From assembly GCA_902788995.1 (NCBI GenBank), contig CADAMO010000001.1:8746-72745 (forward strand): DNA of 64,000 nucleotides. Direction: 5' to 3'. This DNA is from Oscillospiraceae bacterium (GTDB taxonomy: Bacteria > Bacillota > Clostridia > Oscillospirales > Acutalibacteraceae). Shown here one piece after another: positions 1 to 9,522 of the stretch. The notes under the pieces were generated by a model that worked only from the letters and a program-made list of their open reading frames with translations, was not told the DNA's origin and searched no databases. The position numbers and the translations under genes are program-made. Numbering within the stretch: position 1 is the first letter of the stretch; each line of letters begins with the position of its first letter.

Positions 1-1
1 A

Positions 2-718
2 TTTGCCGAGATTTATGATAAAAAAGAGGGGCGGGGAAAACTGGGCTACGCCGTCTTTGACGGAAAACGGTTTTCTTCGTGGAAAATCATTATCAGCGAG
101 CCGTATCATCTTTCCTATCCGAATATCTTTCGCTGGCGGGATCAGATTTATCTTGTCCCGGAATCCAATGAGAGCCATACGCTCTATGCGTACAAAGCGG
201 TTTCTTTCCCTGATAACTGGGTCAAGTGCGATCCGATCCTGACTGAACGTCGGCTGGTCGATACCACTTTTTTGGATTATGACGGCCGGCATCTGATGTT
301 TACCTATGATATCGGTGAGGCGGACCGCAAAAAGCTGTTTCTCTATTCCGTCAATGAACAGGGGAAAGCGGAGCCCTTTGTTGCAGATTATCTCTCAGAT
401 GATGACGCCATAGCCAGACCCGGAGGCAATCTCTTTTTTTATCAGGGCGACGTGATCCGGGTTTCTCAGGATTGTACGGGCGACTATGGCGTGGCGGTGG
501 TCTTCAGTAAGATAATTGATTGTACAACGGAGCATTACGCGGAAGAGAAGGTGTTACGCCTTTCTCCTGCGGATATCTCCGTCAATAAACGTTTTATTAC
601 AGGCCTTCATACCTATAACGCCAACGAGACGATGGAAGTGATCGATCTGCACGTGGCGGACTTTGATCCGATGACGCAGGTCAGACGGATTTTGGAAAAG
701 ACAGGATTTCGGAAATGA
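2..718 (+). CDS. Polysaccharide-locus protein, glucosamine inositolphosphorylceramide transferase-like / beta-propeller family; 5' end cut by window edge
   Basis: Frame 2 is open from nt 2 (FAEIYDKKEGRGKLGYAVFDG..HLSYPNIFRWRDQIYLVPES..) and runs without a stop into listed ORF 272..718. Its stop overlaps the next start (ATGA at 715-718). The family call rests on motif memory only. Confidence 0.55.
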   Translation, partial: FAEIYDKKEGRGKLGYAVFDGKRFSSWKIIISEPYHLSYPNIFRWRDQIYLVPESNESHTLYAYKAVSFPDNWVKCDPILTERRLVDTTFLDYDGRHLMFTYDIGEADRKKLFLYSVNEQGKAEPFVADYLSDDDAIARPGGNLFFYQGDVIRVSQDCTGDYGVAVVFSKIIDCTTEHYAEEKVLRLSPADISVNKRFITGLHTYNANETMEVIDLHVADFDPMTQVRRILEKTGFRK

Positions 719-1704
719 GTGAACCGCTGATCAGCATTGTGATTCCCTGCTATAATATCGAATCATATATTGCCAGAACGCTTGACAGCGTTTTTGGGCA
801 AACCTATCCGAATCTCGAAGTGATTGCGGTTGACGATGGCTCAAAGGATGGTACCGGTGCCGTATTGGACCGATATTCCGAAAGGGAACCTCGTCTTCAC
901 GTGCTTCATCAGAATAACCAAGGCGTTTCTTATGCTCGGCTGAACGGTGTTTCTGCGTCATCTGGCGACTATATCGGGTTCGTAGACGGGGATGATCTGA
1001 TTGATCCGGATATGTATGAACGGTTATATCAAAATGCCGTCCACTATAAGGCCGATATTTCCCACTGCGGTTATCGGATGGTGTTCCCGGACAGAACGGA
1101 TTACTATTACAACACCGGGGAGACCGTTCTTCAGAACAGAAAGCGGGGCATTTCGGATTTGCTGGAAGGGACCAACGTCGAGCCAGGTCTGTGGAATAAA
1201 CTGTTTCGCCGCGAGTTGTTTGTGAAACTCCTGCAAGGGGAAACCGTCATGGACATGACGATGCGGGAAAATGAAGACCTGTTGATGAATTATTGCCTGT
1301 TTTCCGAGTCCGCGCAGTCTGTGTATGAGGATTTTTGCCCGTATCAATATCTGATCCGGAACAGTTCCAGTTCTCAGGGCGGCTTGAAACCGCATATTCT
1401 GACAGACCCTGTTCATATCGGGGAACTGTTGCTTGAAGAAACGAAACAGGATCCCGATTGGTATCGGCTTGCCGCACGTTACTATGTGACAAAACTGATC
1501 AAAGCAGCCACTGTCCGTCAAGGATTTTCTTCCGATAAAATGTCGGAGATCCGCGAAGCGGCTCATAAAAAACTGACCGCCTTTTTACCGGAATATCTTT
1601 CTCTTCCCGGGGAAAACGCCAAAAGAAAACTGATGGCAGCTTGGGCTGCGTATGCGCCTCGCCTGTATGGTCTGGTTCATCAAATATATTCTCACAGGAA
1701 CTGA
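715..1704 (+). CDS. Family 2 glycosyltransferase
   Basis: N-terminal ISIVIPCYN..AVDDGSKDGT..GFVDGDD motifs typical of GT2 (GT-A fold). Translationally coupled to its neighbours. Confidence 0.9.
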   Translation: MSEPLISIVIPCYNIESYIARTLDSVFGQTYPNLEVIAVDDGSKDGTGAVLDRYSEREPRLHVLHQNNQGVSYARLNGVSASSGDYIGFVDGDDLIDPDMYERLYQNAVHYKADISHCGYRMVFPDRTDYYYNTGETVLQNRKRGISDLLEGTNVEPGLWNKLFRRELFVKLLQGETVMDMTMRENEDLLMNYCLFSESAQSVYEDFCPYQYLIRNSSSSQGGLKPHILTDPVHIGELLLEETKQDPDWYRLAARYYVTKLIKAATVRQGFSSDKMSEIREAAHKKLTAFLPEYLSLPGENAKRKLMAAWAAYAPRLYGLVHQIYSHRN

Positions 1705-1706
1705 AA

Positions 1707-3167
1707 ATGCTGTTTAATTCATTAAGCTTTCTGATCTTCTTCCCGGTGGTGACAATTGTATATTTTCTGTTGCCGCAGAAGGTCAGATGGGCGTTCCTGC
1801 TGGCAGCCAGCTATTTCTTTTACATGTGCTGGAACGCCTCGTATGCGTTATTGCTGCTGGCTTCTACAGTTATCACCTACGCGGCCGCGCTGCTGATCGA
1901 CCGCAGCGAAAAGCCCTCTGCCAAAAAAGCGTTTCTGGCAGTCAGCCTGATTGTCAACCTCGGGATCCTCTTTACTTTCAAATATTTTGAGTTCTTCACC
2001 TCCGGTCTTTACGCCGCGCTGGATTGGCTGAAAATCGCCTACACGCCGGTCAATTATTCGTTGCTGCTGCCGGTGGGCATTTCTTTCTACACGTTCCAGG
2101 CGCTGGGGTACGCGGTGGACGTCTATCGCGGCGACGTGGCTGTGCAGAAGCACTTCGGGAAATACGCCCTGTTTGTCGCATTCTTTCCGCAGCTGGTGGC
2201 CGGCCCCATCGAGCGCAGCCGGAATCTGCTGTCCCAATTTGATGAAGAGCACCGGTTTGATTATGAAAACGCTGTCACCGGTCTTCGTCTGATGTTGTGG
2301 GGATTTTACAAGAAGATCGTGGTGGCCGATACCGTCTGCGTGGCGGTCAATACGGTCTACAACAACCTTCACGCCTTTGACGGCTTTGCGATCTGCATCG
2401 CCACGTTCTTATTCTCCATCCAGATCTTCTGTGATTTCTCCGGTTACAGCGATATTGCCCGGGGCTGCGCGAGGATCATGGGCTTCCGGCTGATGCGCAA
2501 TTTCGATCACCCCTATTTCTCCCACTCCATTCAGGAGTTTTGGCGCAAGTGGCATATCTCCCTGTCCACCTGGTTCCGGGATTATATCTACATCCCGCTG
2601 GGCGGTAATCGCAAAGGAAAGGCGCGTCAGTTGCTCAATCTGATGATCACCTTTCTTGTCTCCGGATTATGGCACGGGGCGGATATCACCTTCGTCATCT
2701 GGGGCGGTCTGCACGGATTGTATCAGATCGTCGGCAAGCTGACCAAGCCCGTCCGGGACCGTTTGCTGCCAAAGCGGGAAGGAAGCCTGTTCCATCGTCT
2801 GCACGGCTTGTGGCAAATGCTCTTTACCTTTGCGCTTGTCTGGTTTGCGTGGATCTTCTTCCGCGCCAACAGTGTGCAGGACGCCCTCTATGCGGTGACG
2901 CATCTGTTTGACTGGCAGCAGATCACCGCCTCCTATCTGTTTACCGACCTGAAAATGGTGTTCGGCACCCGGGCGGAGTTTTACCGCCTGCTGGCGACAT
3001 TGCCGCTGTTTCTGCTCGTCTCTTTGGTTGACAGATACCGCTCTCTCAGCCGGATCGTCTCGAAGCAGAAGCCCGTTCTGCGTCTGGTGTTTTATGTCGT
3101 TGTCGTTGTCTATATTCTTTTGTTTGCCCGCGCGGAGCTGCAGGATTTTATCTATTTTCAGTTCTGA
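1707..3167 (+). CDS. MBOAT family O-acyltransferase (AlgI/DltB-like)
   Basis: ATG at 1707 lies 2 nt after the upstream stop. Polytopic protein with the MBOAT signature FWRKWHISLSTWFRDYIYIPLGGN. The listed ORF start at 1641 overlaps the upstream gene and is unlikely. Confidence 0.9.
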   Translation: MLFNSLSFLIFFPVVTIVYFLLPQKVRWAFLLAASYFFYMCWNASYALLLLASTVITYAAALLIDRSEKPSAKKAFLAVSLIVNLGILFTFKYFEFFTSGLYAALDWLKIAYTPVNYSLLLPVGISFYTFQALGYAVDVYRGDVAVQKHFGKYALFVAFFPQLVAGPIERSRNLLSQFDEEHRFDYENAVTGLRLMLWGFYKKIVVADTVCVAVNTVYNNLHAFDGFAICIATFLFSIQIFCDFSGYSDIARGCARIMGFRLMRNFDHPYFSHSIQEFWRKWHISLSTWFRDYIYIPLGGNRKGKARQLLNLMITFLVSGLWHGADITFVIWGGLHGLYQIVGKLTKPVRDRLLPKREGSLFHRLHGLWQMLFTFALVWFAWIFFRANSVQDALYAVTHLFDWQQITASYLFTDLKMVFGTRAEFYRLLATLPLFLLVSLVDRYRSLSRIVSKQKPVLRLVFYVVVVVYILLFARAELQDFIYFQF

Positions 3168-3218
3168 TCCGCGGGTGAAAGTCCGAGCGTTATGTTCATG
3201 AAAGGAGGTCTGCCGTTC

Positions 3219-4301
3219 ATGGCGAAAAATAAGTTGCTGACGTTTATCGGAAAGCTGTCTGCCGTTGTTCTTTCGGCGGGCCTGCTGATCGGTGTGCTCA
3301 ACCGGTTTTACGTCAACGGATATTATTACAGGGACGTATACAGTGAGATCGATAAGATGTACGATGTCCCCTATGGCATTCAGATGGTCAACCTCGGCAC
3401 CAGCCACGGCCTTGCCTCATTTCAATATCCGGAGGACGGCGTGACGCGGTATAATCTGGCGCTGTCCGGTGAGGATATCTACCACGATTTTGCAACGCTC
3501 AAACAGTTTGCCGATCATCTGGCGCCGGGATGCATCGTCGCGCTTCCCACGTCTTACTTTTCATTCTGTATGTCCACGGAGGAACCGTCGCAAAAGCGTT
3601 ACTACGCCTATCTGGACCGGGAGTACCTCAGAGGTTTCAGCTATGAGACGCTGATCAACGCGAAATATCTGCCGGTCCTGCGCAGCGGGGAATTCATCAT
3701 CAAGGACCTGATCAAGGATCAGGAGCTGGACGTCGGCGCAGCCATGATGGACGAGGACATGGAAGCGCCGGAATCGGACGTTGAGGCGCTGTCTTCTGAT
3801 GCTTTCGCTGAGTCGGCGGTCCCTGTCGATTCGTCCGATACTGCGGCGCTGAACGATCTTGCGCAGGATTATGCGCTGACGGATCAGGAAAAGCTGGAGA
3901 AAAACGCAGAACTGGTCTCCCACGCCGCCGGACGGGTGGAAAGCTGGCGCTCCGGCTATATGACGGCGGGACGGCGGTATATTGCGGAAAACACACGGAT
4001 CCTGACCGAAATGGTTCAATTCTGTTATGAGAACGGTTTCCGGCCGCTGCTGGTCACTACGCCGATTTACAAGGCGCTGAATGACAATTTCAGTGAGGAA
4101 GAGCTGCGCGTCTGTTATTTCGACCCGATGCGTGAAGTGGCGCAGAAAACCGGCGTCCCTTATCTGGATCTTTCCCATGACGCGGTTTTGTCCGCCACGC
4201 CGGATTACTACGGTAACAGCGACCACATGAACCGCTACGGCGCGGCGGCGTTCTATGAAGTATATACTGCCTATCTGAAAACGATCGGTTATCTGAATTG
4301 A
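3219..4301 (+). CDS. Membrane-anchored DltD/AlgJ-like (SGNH-like) acyltransferase partner of the MBOAT
   Basis: GGAGG at 3204-3208 lies 10 nt before ATG 3219. N-terminal TM anchor, NLGTSHG and C-terminal NSDHMN motifs, and position directly after an MBOAT gene. Family assignment is inferred, not searched. Confidence 0.55.
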   Translation: MAKNKLLTFIGKLSAVVLSAGLLIGVLNRFYVNGYYYRDVYSEIDKMYDVPYGIQMVNLGTSHGLASFQYPEDGVTRYNLALSGEDIYHDFATLKQFADHLAPGCIVALPTSYFSFCMSTEEPSQKRYYAYLDREYLRGFSYETLINAKYLPVLRSGEFIIKDLIKDQELDVGAAMMDEDMEAPESDVEALSSDAFAESAVPVDSSDTAALNDLAQDYALTDQEKLEKNAELVSHAAGRVESWRSGYMTAGRRYIAENTRILTEMVQFCYENGFRPLLVTTPIYKALNDNFSEEELRVCYFDPMREVAQKTGVPYLDLSHDAVLSATPDYYGNSDHMNRYGAAAFYEVYTAYLKTIGYLN

Positions 4302-4310
4302 GGTGACGAT

Positions 4311-5285
4311 ATGGCGTTGATTTCCGTCATCATTCCCGTTTATAATACGAAGCCCTACCTGAACGCCTGTCTGGAATCCGTCGTCGGGCAGACTTACCGC
4401 GATCTGGAAATCATTCTGGTGGACGACGGCTCCACCGACGGCAGCGGGGAACTCTGCGACGAATGGGGACAAAAAGATTCAATAATCAAAGTGGTCCACA
4501 AAAAAAACGGTGGCCTTTCTTCCGCGCGTAACGCTGGAATGGCAATTGCGAAAGGGGATTACTTTGGTTTCGTTGACAGCGACGACGTCATCAGCCCCAA
4601 AATGTTTGAGGTCCTTTTACATATGGCGGTTGAGACCGGTGCCGATATTGCTCAATGTGGCTACGTCTGTTTTTCTTCTTATTCAGCACATATTTTTAAC
4701 TGCAATAACACCGATCCCGCCATCCGCTATTATGATGCACATGACGCAGTCCGATCACTTTTTATTGACGAAGACGTCAACGTCATCTGCTGCAATAAGC
4801 TTGTGAAGCGTTCTGTCGCAAAAAAGATCCCGTTTGAGGAAGGACGTATCAATGAGGACGTGCTTTGGACCTTCCGCGCTGTTTCAAAATCCGCAAAAAC
4901 AGTGGTCACGCAGGAGCCTCTTTACGGCTATTTTCAGCGGGAAGGCAGCATCATGAACAGCCGCTATACCGCCAAGCGGTTTGACGGCATTTATGCGCTG
5001 GAACAGCGTGCAAAAGAAGTGAAAGCGGTTTTTCCCGATCTGTTCCCGATGGCGGAAAGACAGTATGTCGGTGGCTGCATGTATCATTATCAGTGGCTGT
5101 GTCGCCTGCCCGCCTGTGATGAGTACAAGATCTACCGAAAACAACTCCATCAAAAGTTTTTGGGGGCCGATCTGAAGGCTGTCTACTCGGTCTCCGGACC
5201 GAAATATAAGATCTGGTATACGATGTTTCGGAAACTGCCGGCTTTGACCTGTTGGGTCCGGAATCAATTGAAGATAGGATTATGA
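4311..5285 (+). CDS. Family 2 glycosyltransferase
   Basis: ISVIIPVYN..LVDDGSTDGS..GFVDSDD motifs. Confidence 0.9.
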   Translation: MALISVIIPVYNTKPYLNACLESVVGQTYRDLEIILVDDGSTDGSGELCDEWGQKDSIIKVVHKKNGGLSSARNAGMAIAKGDYFGFVDSDDVISPKMFEVLLHMAVETGADIAQCGYVCFSSYSAHIFNCNNTDPAIRYYDAHDAVRSLFIDEDVNVICCNKLVKRSVAKKIPFEEGRINEDVLWTFRAVSKSAKTVVTQEPLYGYFQREGSIMNSRYTAKRFDGIYALEQRAKEVKAVFPDLFPMAERQYVGGCMYHYQWLCRLPACDEYKIYRKQLHQKFLGADLKAVYSVSGPKYKIWYTMFRKLPALTCWVRNQLKIGL

Positions 5286-6253
5286 ATGATATACCGCTGA
5301 TCAGTGTGATCGTTCCCGTATATAAAGTGGAAGAATACCTTCCGCGCTGCGTCGACAGTATTCTCTGTCAGACGCTGGCGGATTTTGAGCTGTGGCTGGT
5401 GGACGACGGTTCTCCTGACAACTGTCCCGCCATGTGCGACAGCTATGCGGAAAAGGACGCCCGCGTGCGGGTGATCCACCAGAAAAACGGCGGGCTGTCC
5501 GCTGCCCGCAACGCCGCGCTGGAACAGTTTGAAGGGGTGTACGTCTGTTTTGTTGACAGCGACGACTATATCGCTCCGGACGCGCTGGAAACCCTTTATA
5601 ACGCGCTGTCGGAAACAGACGCCGATGTGGCGGTGGGCAATATGCAGTCCTTTGATGAAAGCGGTAAACTGAAAGACTTTTATGCTCCCGTAAGGGAACG
5701 CACGGTTCTGGAGGGGGAGGATATTCTTTCTACGCTGAACCAACCCTGTGCCCCGAACCGTCTGTATCGGGCCGGCATCTATCGAAATCTGCGTTTTCCC
5801 GTCGGGCGGCTGTATGAAGACGTCTTTATTTACCATAAGGTGCTGGAACAGTGTCGCCGGATGGTGCTGACGGGTAAAACAGCCTATTATTATTTTCTCC
5901 GCTCCGGCAGTATCATGCGGTCTGCCTATGATATCCGGTTTGCGGATATTGTGTTTGCGATCAAAGAGCGTTACGAATGGTTGGAAACCATAGGGCAGCA
6001 TCGGCTTGCCAATGAAGCGCGGCTTTTCATCTACTCCCGGGTGGCGGTTGCATACGCTCACCTTGACAGAAACGATTCCGCCCATCGCGCAAAGCTTCAG
6101 GAAATTACCGATATCTACCGGGATTGTTATCATGTCCTGATGAAAGACGGCTCGATTTCTGTCAAGCAAAAAATGAGGTTATGGCTGCTGTATCGGCTGC
6201 CCGCTGTGCATACACAGTTGTTCGGCAAAAAAATGCCGCTGGCCCTCGGCTGA
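5282..6253 (+). CDS. Family 2 glycosyltransferase
   Basis: ATG 5282 overlaps the upstream stop (ATGA). ISVIVPVYK..LVDDGSPD..FVDSDD motifs. Confidence 0.9.
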   Translation: MNDIPLISVIVPVYKVEEYLPRCVDSILCQTLADFELWLVDDGSPDNCPAMCDSYAEKDARVRVIHQKNGGLSAARNAALEQFEGVYVCFVDSDDYIAPDALETLYNALSETDADVAVGNMQSFDESGKLKDFYAPVRERTVLEGEDILSTLNQPCAPNRLYRAGIYRNLRFPVGRLYEDVFIYHKVLEQCRRMVLTGKTAYYYFLRSGSIMRSAYDIRFADIVFAIKERYEWLETIGQHRLANEARLFIYSRVAVAYAHLDRNDSAHRAKLQEITDIYRDCYHVLMKDGSISVKQKMRLWLLYRLPAVHTQLFGKKMPLALG

Positions 6254-6264
6254 AAGGTGTAACT

Positions 6265-7266
6265 ATGTCAATCAAAATCAGTGTGATCGTTCCCGTCTAT
6301 AACATGGAGCCATATCTCCGGGAGTGCCTTGACAGTATTCTCCGCCAATCATTAACCGAGATTGAAATTATCGCCATCAACGACGGATCTTCCGACGGAT
6401 CCTTGGCAATCCTGCGGGAGTATGAGCAAAGAGACGACCGTGTCAGGATTATCAATAAGCCTAACGAAGGCGTCGGAAAAGCCCGCAATGATGGGATCAT
6501 GGCGGCAACGGGGGAATTCGTCGCATTTATGGACAGCGACGACTATTATCCGAACGAAAACGTCTTGAATACCCTATATATGGCAGCCAAGGGAACCGAT
6601 GTGCAGATTGCCGGCGGGAGAAGAAACCGATTGGCGTGGAACGGTGAATTGGTACATGATCCGTTTGCGGCAGACGAATTCGATCTTCGGTTTGACGCGG
6701 CCGGACTTGTCGATTATACTGATTATCAGTATGATTACGGGTATACGCAGTTTATCTTCAGCAGAACGCTTTTGACGGATCATCAGATTTTTTTTCCGGC
6801 TTACAAACGCTTTCAGGATCCGCCCTTTTTTGTGCGGGCTATGATCGCCGCAGGCCGGTTCTATGTTGCCGACTGTGAAAGCTACTGCTATCGGATGGTG
6901 CCGAATGAGGGGAAGTATTCCGTCAAAAGCACGGTGGATTTCCTCTGTGGGTTGATTGACAACCTGACAATCTCCCGGCAGAACGGGCTTGCAAAGCTCC
7001 ATTACCTATCCGCCATGCGGCTGGACCGGGAGGGGTCGTTTATGGCCATACGGAACCTGTATGATCCGGAACACAAACAGATTTTTGCGCAATTGATTCA
7101 CGCGACTGCGCTGGTGGATGCCGACTGGCTGAAGGAGGAAGGCTATCCGCTGCCGGAGCCCTTTGTGCCGGAGGTGTTTGAATACACCGTCAATACGGCG
7201 GAAAAATATGAAAAAATCAGACAGAACAAGGCGGTCAGAGCCGCGAAAAAAATCCTGGGAAAATAA
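6265..7266 (+). CDS. Family 2 glycosyltransferase
   Basis: ATG 6265 (MSIKISVIVPVYN..INDGSSDGS..FMDSDD). The listed longer ORF start at 6124 overlaps the previous gene. Confidence 0.88.
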   Translation: MSIKISVIVPVYNMEPYLRECLDSILRQSLTEIEIIAINDGSSDGSLAILREYEQRDDRVRIINKPNEGVGKARNDGIMAATGEFVAFMDSDDYYPNENVLNTLYMAAKGTDVQIAGGRRNRLAWNGELVHDPFAADEFDLRFDAAGLVDYTDYQYDYGYTQFIFSRTLLTDHQIFFPAYKRFQDPPFFVRAMIAAGRFYVADCESYCYRMVPNEGKYSVKSTVDFLCGLIDNLTISRQNGLAKLHYLSAMRLDREGSFMAIRNLYDPEHKQIFAQLIHATALVDADWLKEEGYPLPEPFVPEVFEYTVNTAEKYEKIRQNKAVRAAKKILGK

Positions 7267-7281
7267 ATCCGGAGGTTTATC

Positions 7282-7911
7282 ATGGGAAACAGCATTCTCG
7301 CCCGTGCGGAGCACAAATGGTATTTGCTCCGTAAGCGGAAAAAGCTGAAAAACAAGCAGCCGACGGTACTGTCGTCCAATTGTAACGGGGCGTTTATTCT
7401 CCATGATCTGGATTGCCGTTTCAATTCTCCCACCGTTAATCTGTATATTCAGACTGCTGATTTTCTGAAATTTCTGGCAGCGCCGGCGCAGTATCTTGGC
7501 AAAGCGCCGGAAGAAGTTGTCTCCAATGCGCCGTTTCCTGTCGGAAGGATCGACGATATTACCATCTATTTTATGCATTATAAAAGCTTTTCAGAGGCGA
7601 GGGAAAAATGGGTGGAACGTTCTGCCCGTGTGGATTACGATAATCTGTTCATTATTATGTCGGACCGGAACGGCTGTACGCGGGAGCACATTGCCGCGTT
7701 TGACGCTCTTCCGTATCCGCACCGGGTGATTTTTACCCATCAGCCCTATCCCGAATTCAAAAGCGCCTTTTATATCAAAGGGTTTGAGGATCAAGAGGAA
7801 GTCGGCGTCCTGTCCGACTGGAAACCGGGCTTCTGGAAACGTCGTTGGTTGGATGCGTTTGACTCCGTTGCGTTTCTGAACGGAGATATCTATCATTTTT
7901 CAGGGGAGTGA
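7282..7911 (+). CDS. DUF1919-like exopolysaccharide biosynthesis protein
   Basis: About 209 aa with the N-terminal KNKQPTVLSSNCNGAFILHDL segment characteristic of DUF1919 proteins of capsule loci (recalled, not searched). Confidence 0.6.
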   Translation: MGNSILARAEHKWYLLRKRKKLKNKQPTVLSSNCNGAFILHDLDCRFNSPTVNLYIQTADFLKFLAAPAQYLGKAPEEVVSNAPFPVGRIDDITIYFMHYKSFSEAREKWVERSARVDYDNLFIIMSDRNGCTREHIAAFDALPYPHRVIFTHQPYPEFKSAFYIKGFEDQEEVGVLSDWKPGFWKRRWLDAFDSVAFLNGDIYHFSGE

Positions 7912-7917
7912 GAAAAA

Positions 7918-9495
7918 ATGAGGCAGCTTTGCGGCCGCTATCAAATCGACAAGAAGGAATACCGGGATGATTCGTCAGGCGTTTACTGCTTTTCCGACGA
8001 CGCCTGCGAGCTGTGGGTGTTCGGCCGCTGTTTTACCGGTGAGGACGCCAACGACGGAGCGGCGCTTGCCGCGTTGTTCGCCCAGTACGGCGACCGGATG
8101 ACGGAGCATCTGAACGGCGCCTATCTGACCGTCTTTTTCCGTAAAGAAGACAAGTCTTTGCACGTGTTTCATGACCGGGCCACTTCGCCCGTGGCGCTGT
8201 ATTATACGGAAACCGACGGCTGTCTGTATCTCAGTACGTCGCTGAAAACGCTGTTGGCGGAATCAAAAATCGAGCGGAAACTGAACGAAGGCGTGATCGA
8301 GGAATTCCTCGTCAACGGATATCTTTACGGCGGCGATACGCTGGTAGATGGCGTTCATAAAATAAAAGCGTACCATTGCCTTGTTGCTGACGGAGACGGC
8401 GTGCGGCAGCTGCCTGTTTCGTACCCCTTTACGGAAATCGGAAAAGGCGAAGCCCTGGAACAGTTCAAGCCCGTTCTTGACCGTTCCATTGAAAGGAATC
8501 TGGAAGGTCTGGAGGACGTGAGCTTCCCGCTGTCCAGCGGCTACGATTCCAACTATATCGCCTACGTGACGACAGCGCTGGCGAAAAAGCCCGCCACAGC
8601 CTTTTCCATCGGCGGGCGGCACGGCAAAAACGAACTTCCCATTGTGGAAAAGAACGTGCCCTATTACAACAACCTGACGCTTCGTTCCGCCCTGACGGAC
8701 GACGATTCTCTCCGTCATTTTCCGGATATCGTCTGGCGTCTGGAGGGCAACGTCTATGAAAGCGGCCTGTTTTTGCAGTATGAGCTGATGAAGCTGGTGA
8801 CGGAAACCGGAAAAAAGAGCCTGATCTGCGGCGAAGTGGCGGATCAGGTGATGAACCTCAACTACCTCCGGGAGGACCGGATTCATCCGGCGCCCGGGAA
8901 AAACGGTCCGCGATACTATGAGTTCAGCGAATATCCCTACATTTTCAGCAGCTATCTGATCCTGAAAAAGAGCGGCATCCTTGCCAATTCCTTTGGGATC
9001 GAAGCGCGTTACCCCTATCTGGACGAGCCCCTGATCTCCGTCTGCGCGGCGCTGAAGGAGATCAGCCGCAAGGACAAGCGGGTCCACGTGGCCAACTGCC
9101 ATGAATGCCTGCCGCCGGAGGTGACCGCCAACATGAGTAAGGTGGGCGGTTCCACGGAGTTCCATTCTTTGTTCAACTCCGAGCAGGAGATCAAGGCGTT
9201 TTTCGCCGCTGTCGAACGGACCGATTTCTTCCAAAAGCATCTGCCTTTGATCAAAAAATATTCTTATGAGGAATCCCAGAAGCAAACGGGCATTACACTG
9301 CTGAAAACGAAGGTGCGCAACGCGGCGTTCACGTTGCTTCACATAAAGCGCGATACTTATTTTAACGAGGAAATGAAGCTGAGGGAGTACCTGTCCGTCG
9401 CCTATCTGATCCTGTTTGAAAAGCTGTTTATCAAAGGGCAGCCGGATTTCTCGGCGCTCTCCTGCGACCTGTCGTTTGCGGACCTGCTCCGCTGA
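7918..9495 (+). CDS. Asparagine synthase-like amidotransferase/ATP pyrophosphatase
   Basis: AsnB-like length and layout, with a PP-loop-like FPLSSGYDSNY motif. The N-terminus is MRQLCGRY, so the Cys is not at position 2. Confidence 0.7.
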   Translation: MRQLCGRYQIDKKEYRDDSSGVYCFSDDACELWVFGRCFTGEDANDGAALAALFAQYGDRMTEHLNGAYLTVFFRKEDKSLHVFHDRATSPVALYYTETDGCLYLSTSLKTLLAESKIERKLNEGVIEEFLVNGYLYGGDTLVDGVHKIKAYHCLVADGDGVRQLPVSYPFTEIGKGEALEQFKPVLDRSIERNLEGLEDVSFPLSSGYDSNYIAYVTTALAKKPATAFSIGGRHGKNELPIVEKNVPYYNNLTLRSALTDDDSLRHFPDIVWRLEGNVYESGLFLQYELMKLVTETGKKSLICGEVADQVMNLNYLREDRIHPAPGKNGPRYYEFSEYPYIFSSYLILKKSGILANSFGIEARYPYLDEPLISVCAALKEISRKDKRVHVANCHECLPPEVTANMSKVGGSTEFHSLFNSEQEIKAFFAAVERTDFFQKHLPLIKKYSYEESQKQTGITLLKTKVRNAAFTLLHIKRDTYFNEEMKLREYLSVAYLILFEKLFIKGQPDFSALSCDLSFADLLR

Positions 9496-9522
9496 GTAAC
9501 ATCACCGATAAAAGAGGAAACT

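Noticed and set aside
3-242. Listed ORF 3..242 (+) at the window start.
   Set aside because: A different frame (frame 2) is open across the whole of 2-718 and gives a coherent protein continuous with ORF 272..718. The 3..242 frame gives an Arg/Ser-rich nonsense-like product.
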